Part shown: piece after piece, positions 1 to 7,513 of the stretch
Numbering within the stretch: the stretch's first letter is position 1
Layout of the letters: each line of letters opens with the position of its first letter
Origin: Thermodesulfovibrionales bacterium
GTDB lineage: Bacteria; Nitrospirota; Thermodesulfovibrionia; Thermodesulfovibrionales; SM23-35
Reading direction: 5' to 3'
DNA length: 64,000 bases
Assembly: GCA_963727725.1 (NCBI GenBank)
Contig: CAVSHJ010000034.1
Location: forward strand, 94,446-158,445
The notes under the pieces: generated by a model
Told to the model about the DNA's origin: nothing
Databases searched by the model: none
Seen by the model: the letters and a program-made list of their open reading frames with translations, nothing else
Translations under genes and position numbers: made by a program

Positions 1-9
1 GTTTCAAGT

Positions 10-39
10 GGATTCCCGCCTGAGAACTGCGGGAATGAC
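10..39. repeat. GGAATGAC-type palindromic hairpin repeat
   Basis: ATTCCCGC (12-19) pairs with GCGGGAAT (29-36), followed by GAC. The same GTCATTCC/GGAATGAC hairpin motif recurs near 10389, 14219, 23998, 46892, 50650 and 53711. Confidence 0.6.
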
Positions 40-214
40 GGCCCAAAATGTCTATACTATAAACTTCGGTTCATTCTATTCAAAGGGACAATTTCCTAAC
101 GCTGAAATGGATCCTTCGAGAATTGGTCAATATGTCCGTCAGCGAGGACAATTTGCCTTGCATCCAGACCGTCTTCTGTCTATGAAATATCAATAAAATC
201 CATAGGTTATCTTC

Positions 215-230
215 TGGCACTTATCTTGCA
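215..230 (+). promoter_or_regulatory. sigma54 (-24/-12) promoter
   Basis: TGGCACTTATCTTGCA fits the TGGCAC-N5-TTGC consensus spacing exactly. It lies about 78 nt upstream of the ATG at 308, which has an AAGGAGG RBS. Confidence 0.7.
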
Positions 231-307
231 ATCCGAGAACAGAAGTCAGTCTGAGATGCGGGTATCAAGATCTTTCATGAATCATCATATTAAAAAAGGA
301 GGAGAAT

Positions 308-721
308 ATGAGCAAAGAATTAAACGACAAACTCAACATGGCAATTGCGAATGAACTTCAGGTGAGCATCCAGTATATGTGGCAGCATGTGACGGTTACG
401 GGCATAAATTCCGAATCGGTCGGAGGGGTTTTTAAGAAGATCGCGATCGTGGAGATGAAGCATGCGGAAGCGATAGCGGAAAGGCTCGATTACCTCGGCG
501 GTGCGCTTACTACGAAACCTTCACCTATTATAGTAGGCAAGAGCGTCAAAGATATGCTCCAGATCGACAAGAAGGCAGAGGAAGATGCAATAAAACTCTA
601 TAAGGAGATCATCGCCCTTGCCGTCAAAGAAAATGACGTTGTTACGAAGAGACTTTTCGAGGAGATACTTTCCGAGGAAGAGGACCACCATAATCAGTTC
701 TCGACCCTGCTGGAAGCATAG
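308..721 (+). CDS. ferritin-like diiron protein (bacterioferritin family)
   Basis: 137 aa. Two E...ExxH pairs are present (ELQVSIQY, EMKHAEAI, EEDAIKLY, EEEDHHNQF), typical of Bfr/ferritin four-helix bundles. Strong RBS. Confidence 0.7.
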   Translation: MSKELNDKLNMAIANELQVSIQYMWQHVTVTGINSESVGGVFKKIAIVEMKHAEAIAERLDYLGGALTTKPSPIIVGKSVKDMLQIDKKAEEDAIKLYKEIIALAVKENDVVTKRLFEEILSEEEDHHNQFSTLLEA

Positions 722-999
722 CGTCGGTGGACTCCGAGGAGACTATATTTGCGTTCGCCTGTCCAATGGTTGCCGTGTTAACCGGTCTCATCTCAGAGAA
801 ATTCTGGCATCGCCTGAGAATGACAATTAAGATAACTGCTTTTAAGATTTTTAGAATTGCCGCTGACTGATCGGGGAGAGTATTGGAGCGGATTCTTTTG
901 CCGATATTCAAATAGACACTGGAATAATGACCGCGCTCGACGACCGGATGAGCGATAATACTCTTCCCCGGTACATCTGTGAAGAATGAATAATGCAGG

Positions 1000-1572
1000 C
1001 TAAGTCTTCACCAGTTCTTTTCCCGCGTTATAGGCATCTTTCAGCGCCGTGGGATGTCGTAATATCGCGCCCTTTGTGTCGACTCCAATATAGCTCAATG
1101 TCGCATGTTCGGGAATGCTCACTGTCCTGAAGAACGCCTTTGCAGAAGCTCCTGCACACTCGATGCCGATTTCTTTCTTCTGGCCGCCAACGAGAAGCAG
1201 GAGTCCCTTTCTTCCATATTTACCTGCAGGGATCGGTTTCTTGAGAAGATATTTCTCACACCAGAAACACTGGCATCGGTCGATCATGATCTTCGTCTGA
1301 GCGCTCAGAGCAAAGAAAAAGATAGGCGATGCGAGGATAATCCTGTCAGCGGTCCTTATCGCTTCATAGATCTGAGACATATCGTCTTCATAAATGCATA
1401 CGCCCGTATCGTCGCAACCGCCGCAATTCTGGCAGGGCGAGATCTTCATTACGTTCAGATCGAATATCTGCACAGTGAAACCGGTCTCTTCGATCCCTCT
1501 CACCGCCTCCCTGAGCAGGAGTTCCGTATTGCCCTCTTTCCGGGGACTTCCAAGAAAAGCGATGGTCTTCAT
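1000..1572 (-). CDS. iron-sulfur flavoprotein / NADPH-dependent FMN reductase family
   Basis: 190 aa. The N-terminus MKTIAFLGSPRKEGNT is a flavodoxin-like FMN-binding start. A Cys cluster CQNCGGCDDTGVC resembles Isf. The start abuts the upstream stop (TGAATG). Confidence 0.75.
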   Translation of the reverse strand: MKTIAFLGSPRKEGNTELLLREAVRGIEETGFTVQIFDLNVMKISPCQNCGGCDDTGVCIYEDDMSQIYEAIRTADRIILASPIFFFALSAQTKIMIDRCQCFWCEKYLLKKPIPAGKYGRKGLLLLVGGQKKEIGIECAGASAKAFFRTVSIPEHATLSYIGVDTKGAILRHPTALKDAYNAGKELVKT

Positions 1573-3075
1573 TCAGTGCTCCTCCTTCCCTTCTTTTCCT
1601 GAGTCTATCCAGTCTTTCATATGCCGGAGGTTCTCACTCATATACCACCAGCCGTTTTTAAATGCCGTATAATCGGGAGCGCCGGTCATGGCGGAAGCAT
1701 AGCGGACAGAATTGGAATAGAATAACCATTGCCGCGCCCACATCTGTTCAATCGCTTCATCAAAGGGGTTTGTCTTGTCCTCGATGCCTTTTCCCCACGC
1801 CTCTGTCATGAGCTTTGTGGCCGCAAGAGTCATTTCATCTGTCTCTTTTATGGTGTTATCAAGTTTTGCGAAATGGCCTGTTATCCATTGCATGCCGTGG
1901 CAGCCATTGCAGATGTTTTCGACCGCGCGTAACCTTTTCCCCTGTTCAGTCCTGTCAATGAGATACTCCGAAGCAGGCTGACCTGTGAATGTCACGGGCA
2001 AAGGCAGACCATCTTTATTCATGATTATCGTCGTGTCTCCTGATTTAGGCTGGGGATGGCTGTAAATCAGGCCAAAAAGTCTTACCCATAACCTTGAACC
2101 GAAATCGTGTGTCCTTTCCGCGACAATATCGCCTGACGCAGAAACGATGAGGCTGTTGTGACAGGTCGCACAGGATGGCGACTTGAAGTCTTTCCCGATT
2201 ACCCATGGGACAGAATCGAAATTCCACTCCTGGTACTTCGAAAAGAGGATATCGCCGTGTTTGCTTTCTTCGTAGACGTTCCATGCCGGAACATCCGGCT
2301 CGAGATGGCATTGAGAACAGGTATAGGGTTTTCTTGCCATACTGATCGAGAAAGCATGCCGTGCATGACAGGCTGAACAACTCCCCCGACTTCCGTCAGG
2401 ATTTACCCTTCCCACTCCCTGATTCGGCCAGTTCGTCAGATCCGGTATCTCAATTTTGCCCAATTTGGTGGTAATGGTCTTCATGCCGTTTGAATCCACC
2501 TTCGTCCCGTGACAACCGAGACAGGTCTCGTGGAGCGTCATCTCAGACGGTTTATCTGTTACCATCTTTCCGTTGTCAATTCTCTTTACACCGGTAATTG
2601 TACCCACCAGCATACGATAAACAGAATTCTCCATAAGGTTCTTATATGCGTACGCCTTCTTGCTGCCCTCGAACTGGCTGGACTCCACGGGATGGCAGGT
2701 CTTGCAATCGGAAGGCGTAACGACCACGTTTATACTGCTTCCCATGTGTTTGAAATTATCTCTGTGGCTGCCGGGGTTCAGGCCATGGCATTCATAACAG
2801 CCGACAGCGTACCCGAGTAATGTCTGCGGGAGATTCACGGCAGAAATCCGTCTTTCAAGCGGCGGCTTCTTCATGCCCTCCGCCGGTGTTATTTTCGAAT
2901 GCCTGCTTGTGAGCCAGTCACTTACAATACCCGGGGTATATATACTATGACAACCGATGCATCCCTGCGTCTGTGGACTCACCGGAATCCGTGACGGGAT
3001 TCCACTTTCCTCTTCCGACGCAAGGGCGATATTAAAAGAGAACAAAGACAGAATTATAAAAACCGCTGAAGACAT
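1573..3075 (-). CDS. octaheme c-type cytochrome, hydroxylamine oxidoreductase (HAO)-like
   Basis: 500 aa with an N-terminal signal peptide. Eight CxxCH motifs: CIGCH, CYECH, CKTCH, CLGCH, CSACH, CSQCH, CATCH, CNGCH. The contexts CSACHARHAFS and CSQCH..PAWNVYEESKHG resemble the HAO family. Confidence 0.8.
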   Translation of the reverse strand: MSSAVFIILSLFSFNIALASEEESGIPSRIPVSPQTQGCIGCHSIYTPGIVSDWLTSRHSKITPAEGMKKPPLERRISAVNLPQTLLGYAVGCYECHGLNPGSHRDNFKHMGSSINVVVTPSDCKTCHPVESSQFEGSKKAYAYKNLMENSVYRMLVGTITGVKRIDNGKMVTDKPSEMTLHETCLGCHGTKVDSNGMKTITTKLGKIEIPDLTNWPNQGVGRVNPDGSRGSCSACHARHAFSISMARKPYTCSQCHLEPDVPAWNVYEESKHGDILFSKYQEWNFDSVPWVIGKDFKSPSCATCHNSLIVSASGDIVAERTHDFGSRLWVRLFGLIYSHPQPKSGDTTIIMNKDGLPLPVTFTGQPASEYLIDRTEQGKRLRAVENICNGCHGMQWITGHFAKLDNTIKETDEMTLAATKLMTEAWGKGIEDKTNPFDEAIEQMWARQWLFYSNSVRYASAMTGAPDYTAFKNGWWYMSENLRHMKDWIDSGKEGKEEH

Positions 3076-3117
3076 ACTTCAACAATTTCATAATCACCCC
3101 TCTCCTGGTTCCGGAGA

Positions 3118-3453
3118 TCAACCGCATTCTTTTATGACGTCATCAACCCAGCTCAATGCAGCCGACACGGTCGGGAATCCTACAGTGCTTGTGATCAATA
3201 TTATAGCGTGACGGACCTCCTCATGTTTTGCACCTGCTTTAAGTGCCCGTCGTGCGTGAGAATGCACGGCGCCCTCGGACCTTATTGCAGCGGCAGCTGC
3301 CAGCTGGATCAAATGGGAAGTCCTTGCATTAATAGGACCCGAATCCCTTGCAGCTTTCCCGAGGTTTTCAACTGCCTTGTAGAGTTTCTGAAACCTTTTT
3401 CTGATGCTTAAATACTGTCCCGGCAATTCTTTCATGGATTCCTCCTCATTCAA
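3118..3453 (-). CDS. carboxymuconolactone decarboxylase (AhpD-like) family protein
   Basis: 111 aa. The LIQLAAAAAIRSEGAVHSHARRALKAGAKHEEVRHAI pattern is typical of CMD-family proteins. Its ATG overlaps the upstream stop (ATGA). Confidence 0.7.
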   Translation of the reverse strand: MNEEESMKELPGQYLSIRKRFQKLYKAVENLGKAARDSGPINARTSHLIQLAAAAAIRSEGAVHSHARRALKAGAKHEEVRHAIILITSTVGFPTVSAALSWVDDVIKECG

Positions 3454-4666
3454 ACTTTGACTGGTATTCTTTTACTCTGATTGCGAACTCCTTCCCGAAC
3501 TCGTAACAACGCTTCCAGTCTTCGCCGGATGGTTTATAGACGACTTGAACTCCCTGTTCAACGGTCTCCAGTCCCATTTTCTTTATCTCTTCGTATATGT
3601 CCCTTACTGCGCCGCCACCCCATCCATAGCTGCCGAATGCGCCGACAATGCGGTTCTTCGGTCTCAGGCCCCTTCAGGTAGGCCAGAAATTCAGCTATGG
3701 TCGGAAACATGGAATTGTTCAGAGTCGGTGACCCGATGAGGCATCCCCTTGCCTTCCAGAACTCTTTTACTGCAAGACTCACCGGACTTGCTCTCAGTTT
3801 TACTACTTTGACGTCAACGCCTTCGTCCTTTATTCCCTGCACCAACGGTACGGTCATCTGCTCCGTGCTGTGCCACATTGTGTCATAGATGATTACAACC
3901 TTCGTGTCAGCCTTCCCGTTAGCCATATCAAGATACATACCGGTAATAAGGGACGGGTCTTTTCTCCATATAATTCCGTGGTCGGGCGCTATCATATCGA
4001 TTTCAAGTCCCAGCTTTTGTATCTCCGCAATCTTGTTCTTTATGAGCGCGCCAAAAGGCATCAGGATGTTCGCATAGTAATCCTTCACCGCAGTCCTCAA
4101 GCTCGGATAATGAGAAACCGGCGATAAATTCGTCATCAAATCTGGCTGCCGATGCATAATGCTGACCGAATGCGTCCTGACTGATGAGAAGCTTATCTTC
4201 TCTCACGTAGGTCATCATGGAATCCGGCCAGTGCAGCATGGGAGTCTCCAGGAAGAGCAGATTCCTCCTGCCGATATTCAGGGTGTCTCCTGTCTTCACG
4301 ACTCTAATATCCCATTTCGATATGTCGAAAAACCTGCCGAGGCCCTTTTTCCCCCTGTCTGTTATATAGATAGTCGCGTCAGGCTGCAAGTTGCATGATG
4401 GCGCTGATGCCTGAGACGTGATCATTCTCGATATGGTTAACTATGATATTTCTTATCTTAGATGGATCTGTCAGGCCTTTTATATTCTCGATACTGACCT
4501 CGGCAAAATCATGCTTTACGGCATCAAGAAGGGTAATCTGGTCATCGAGGATTAGATAATTATTGTAAGTTGTTCCGTTCGGGGTAACATACCCATGGAA
4601 ATCCCTTACCGCCCAGTCAATTGCACCAACCCAGTAAATATCGGGTTTTATTTCCACCGCTTTCAT
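3450..4666 (-). pseudogene. flavodiiron protein (FprA/ROO-type O2/NO reductase), interrupted by at least 3 frameshifts
   Basis: The metallo-beta-lactamase N-terminus (MKAVEIKPDIYWVGAIDW...HIENDHVSG), the middle ([14 protein letters not shown]) and the flavodoxin C-terminus (VVIIYDTMWHSTE...GSPTLNN...GSYGWGGG) lie in different frames. They span ORFs 4379-4744, 4003-4425, 3558-4157 and a fourth frame ending at 3450. Confidence 0.8.
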
Positions 4667-4789
4667 CAATCTTTCTCCTTTCCTTTTTAATATCGGCCGT
4701 CCGTGACAGAATCGATTACGGATGCAGTGCAACTGCATCTTCAAATGAACGGGTCTTATTTCACAACGTTATCAAAAAAATAATTGTTG

Positions 4790-5782
4790 TCAAGAGCCTT
4801 CCAAGGACAGGAGCCCGCATCGCGGGTCCGCAGTATGAAGGGTACGGCAGAAGAAGTAACTGTGGGCCGGACATCCGCCCGTGCATACGGAATAATTCCG
4901 GCAGGTCGGTGACCCTGCACGGGTTCCCGCCGTCATAATTTCTGAAGCCCTCCAGGAGCGGATTCCGCAGGATTTTTTCGATTCCATCAGCAAAAATACT
5001 GCCGAGACGGAATTCCTTGAAACCCGCGAAACAGATTACAGGGAAAAGCTGATCCGTCAGGCAAGTATCGCGATTTTTTCTGTACCGGCGTCGCACCTGC
5101 CTGCACGGCCGCCATATTTATAGAATCCGGATGCCGCAACAAATCTAACGTCCAACAGGCATTTTGTATTCCTCTTCAACCGGGAATAAATGTCATAAAA
5201 TTCGGGGAATGAGAAACAGGGCCGCGACAGCCTCCTGCCGATAGTGTCTTCATACAGAAGAAAGTATCTCTTTACGCCTAGTTCCGCAAGATAAGGGACG
5301 AGCTCGAAAATCTCGTTCTTGTTTTCACGCAGCAGGACGCTCTTCACGGCAGGATCTTTCCCCGCCTCGATCATTTTCATGAGCCCGAGGACGGCATTAG
5401 AAAAATTGTCCGATTTTGTCAATGCATTATGAGTCCTGGAAAAGCCATGGATCGAAAATCCAAGGCTGAAAAAGCCCCCCTCAAGGTCTGTGAGACGGTC
5501 CGGAATATCGGGGAGGCTGCCGTTAGTGCTCATATTTACTCTGATCCCCGAGTCTGTCATACGTTTCGCAAAATCCGTGATCCATGGCAGAAGCATGGGT
5601 TCACCGCCCAGAATGTCTATTTCGGGAATGCCGTTTTCTATCAGCACGCTGCCCAGGGCATCCGCGTCAGCGGCATTCATATCTCCGTAGGCAACAGAAG
5701 ATATGCTCCGGTTGAAGCAGAAACCGCAGTTCTGATTGCACCGGAGGGTCGGATAAAGTTGTATAAAAGAAGGATATTTCAC
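4790..5782 (-). pseudogene. radical SAM/SPASM-domain protein, interrupted by about 2 frameshifts
   Basis: The CNQNCGFC (CX3CX2C) motif is at the N-terminus, after a GTG start. The C-terminal Cys-rich SPASM-like stretch (CRNYSVCTGGCP...DPRC) continues in other frames (ORFs 4761-5096 and 4790-4993). Confidence 0.6.
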
Positions 5783-5806
5783 CTGTTGTCTCTAATTATA
5801 TCAATC

Positions 5807-5834
5807 TTGACATTGTTTATGAACATGCTAATAT
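5807..5834 (+). promoter_or_regulatory. sigma70-type promoter candidate
   Basis: TTGACA (5807-5812), 16-nt spacer, TGc-TAATAT (extended -10, 5826-5834). It lies about 30 nt upstream of the ATG at 5866. Confidence 0.45.
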
Positions 5835-5865
5835 CTATAGTAAACAAAGGACACCGGGAGGACGA

Positions 5866-6366
5866 ATGAACGCTATAGAGATAGCTATCAGGATGGAGAA
5901 AGACGCGATAAGTTTCTATACCGAGGCGGCGGGGAAAATAATAAATCCTGTCGGAAAGAAGATGTTTTTGTCCATAACGGAAGATGAGAAAAGGCATCTC
6001 CAGACCCTGTCCCGGATATTCAGGGAAGTTGATATCAAGATGGAAGAAGTGAGTCCGATGAAAAACATGCAGACCATCTTTCAGTCCATGAAGGATGAGA
6101 TGATGAAGAGGGTCCAGGCGACCGCAGACGAGCTCGATGCATTCAGGATCGCGATGCGGATGGAGAAAGAAGGCGTCGAATTTTATAAGAAGGCTGAAGC
6201 CGAAGCAGCGACGGAAAAAGAGAAGGCGCTCTTCGCCAGACTCATCAAAGAAGAGGAAGAACATTATGCTGTTTTTGCGAATACCCAATTTTTCCTTTCC
6301 GATACCGGCAGCTGGTTCATGTGGGAGGAGCACAGCATTGTTGACGGCGGCACGCCGTGGGCGTAA
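5866..6366 (+). CDS. rubrerythrin/ferritin-like diiron domain protein
   Basis: 166 aa. The helix pair is duplicated, with E...ExxH motifs: MEKDAISFY / EDEKRHLQ and MEKEGVEFY / EEEEHYAV. Confidence 0.65.
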   Translation: MNAIEIAIRMEKDAISFYTEAAGKIINPVGKKMFLSITEDEKRHLQTLSRIFREVDIKMEEVSPMKNMQTIFQSMKDEMMKRVQATADELDAFRIAMRMEKEGVEFYKKAEAEAATEKEKALFARLIKEEEEHYAVFANTQFFLSDTGSWFMWEEHSIVDGGTPWA

Positions 6367-6437
6367 TACATTGTGGATTTACCGCTGGATGACTCCATAA
6401 CGGGTCTTTTAACTTTACCTGAGAAAGGAGGAATGTG

Positions 6438-6692
6438 ATGGGATACTCTGATGTTGCTTTAGAGGATAAAATTCTTGAGATGTATCCTGAAATAAGAAGG
6501 CACGGCATATCGGTGAACCTTACTTTTGACAAAGGGAAAGATGCCTACATTGTCAAATTCACCAGAGATAAGAAAGAACTTACCACACACCTTGAAAAGA
6601 AGGACGCCGACGACTGTATGAACAACATTAAATGCGTTTACCTCGGTGTTCAGGTGTCGCAGTTCATCAAGAATTTTGAAGAAAGAAAATAA
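6438..6692 (+). CDS. small hypothetical protein
   Basis: 84 aa. AAAGGAGG RBS lies 6 nt upstream of the ATG at 6438 (the ORF track starts at a GTG at 6435). I recognised no motif. Confidence 0.5.
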   Translation: MGYSDVALEDKILEMYPEIRRHGISVNLTFDKGKDAYIVKFTRDKKELTTHLEKKDADDCMNNIKCVYLGVQVSQFIKNFEERK

Positions 6693-6716
6693 AAATTTCT
6701 GTAAGGAGGGTTCGCC

Positions 6717-7052
6717 ATGCCGACCATTGAGTACGAAGGATTAAAGATCGAATTGGATGATGAGGGTTTTCTGGTCAATTATAATTCGTGGAATGAAAAG
6801 GTTGCCTGTGCGCTGGCCGAGAGGGAAGGCGTCAGCAAGAAGTGTCCGCTCGCTGAGGAACAGATTGATATCCTGAAATTTATCAGGACATATTACGAAA
6901 AATATCAGGCCATGCCTATAGTTCGCGCAGTCTGCAGAAATGTCCATCAGCCGAAGAATTGTGAATACGTGCAGTTCCACGATCCCGTTGTTGCAAGCAA
7001 GCTCGCGGGGCTGCCAAGACTTGCAACTCTTACGGGATATGAGATAAAGTAG
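6717..7052 (+). CDS. TusE/DsrC-family protein lacking the C-terminal cysteines
   Basis: 111 aa. It has a DsrC-like N-terminus (EYEGLKIELDDEGFL) and core (EEQIDILKFIRTYYEKY). The C-terminus reads ASKLAGLPRLATLTGYEIK where canonical DsrC has ACKIAGLPKPTGCV. Confidence 0.75.
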   Translation: MPTIEYEGLKIELDDEGFLVNYNSWNEKVACALAEREGVSKKCPLAEEQIDILKFIRTYYEKYQAMPIVRAVCRNVHQPKNCEYVQFHDPVVASKLAGLPRLATLTGYEIK

Positions 7053-7140
7053 GACATTGCAGCAATCCAACCTCCGTCTGTCCGGATAAGGTCATGAAAG
7101 GGAGGTTCTCACCAAAAAACAATATTAAGGAGGTAAGGTC

Positions 7141-7326
7141 ATGCCAAAGCCGGTAGTAAATGAGGATTTATGTGAAGGTTGTGCCACATGTGAGGAACTC
7201 TGCCCTGAGGTCTTCAAGGTGCAGGATGATGGAAAGGCGCATGTTATCGGAGCCGACAAATGTAATACCTGCGACTGTCAGGAAGCCGCCGATACCTGCC
7301 CCGTGCAGGCAATAACCATAGAGTAA
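7141..7326 (+). CDS. small 4Fe-4S ferredoxin
   Basis: 61 aa with CEGCATCEELCP and a distal C...CP motif. Strong AAGGAGG RBS. Confidence 0.8.
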   Translation: MPKPVVNEDLCEGCATCEELCPEVFKVQDDGKAHVIGADKCNTCDCQEAADTCPVQAITIE

Positions 7327-7340
7327 AATGTGATATAAAA

Positions 7341-7377
7341 GAGAAGGCTGGTTTTCTACCAGCCTTCTCTCTTTTTG
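7341..7377. terminator. bidirectional rho-independent terminator
   Basis: GAGAAGGCTGG (7341-7351), 7-nt loop, CCAGCCTTCTC (7359-7369). An A-tract lies upstream and TCTTTTT downstream. It sits between convergent transcription units. Confidence 0.7.
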
Positions 7378-7417
7378 CAGACTTTACGGGAACTTCTCTA
7401 AGAATTGGTAAAATTTA

Positions 7418-7480
7418 TTAGCACGAACTTTTGCACTTGCAGGTCGTTGAAGTCCTCTTTGACACCTTTTTTATCTTCAC
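7418..7480 (-). CDS. candidate 20-aa Cys-rich peptide (MKIKKVSKRTSTTCKCKSSC), speculative
   Basis: GTG start at 7480, with a GGGGG Shine-Dalgarno (7489-7493) 8 nt upstream. TAA stop at 7418-7420. It begins 33 nt downstream of the radical SAM/SPASM gene stop and lies upstream of the terminator. It is too short for the ORF track. Confidence 0.3.
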   Translation of the reverse strand: MKIKKVSKRTSTTCKCKSSC

Positions 7481-7513
7481 TATTGACACCCCCTTTCACG
7501 AGGAATCCGCACT

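Noticed and set aside
8-196. 62-aa ORF at the start of the window
   Set aside because: It overlaps a hairpin repeat and the upstream region of the sigma54 promoter. It has no RBS and no recognisable motif, so it is probably non-coding.
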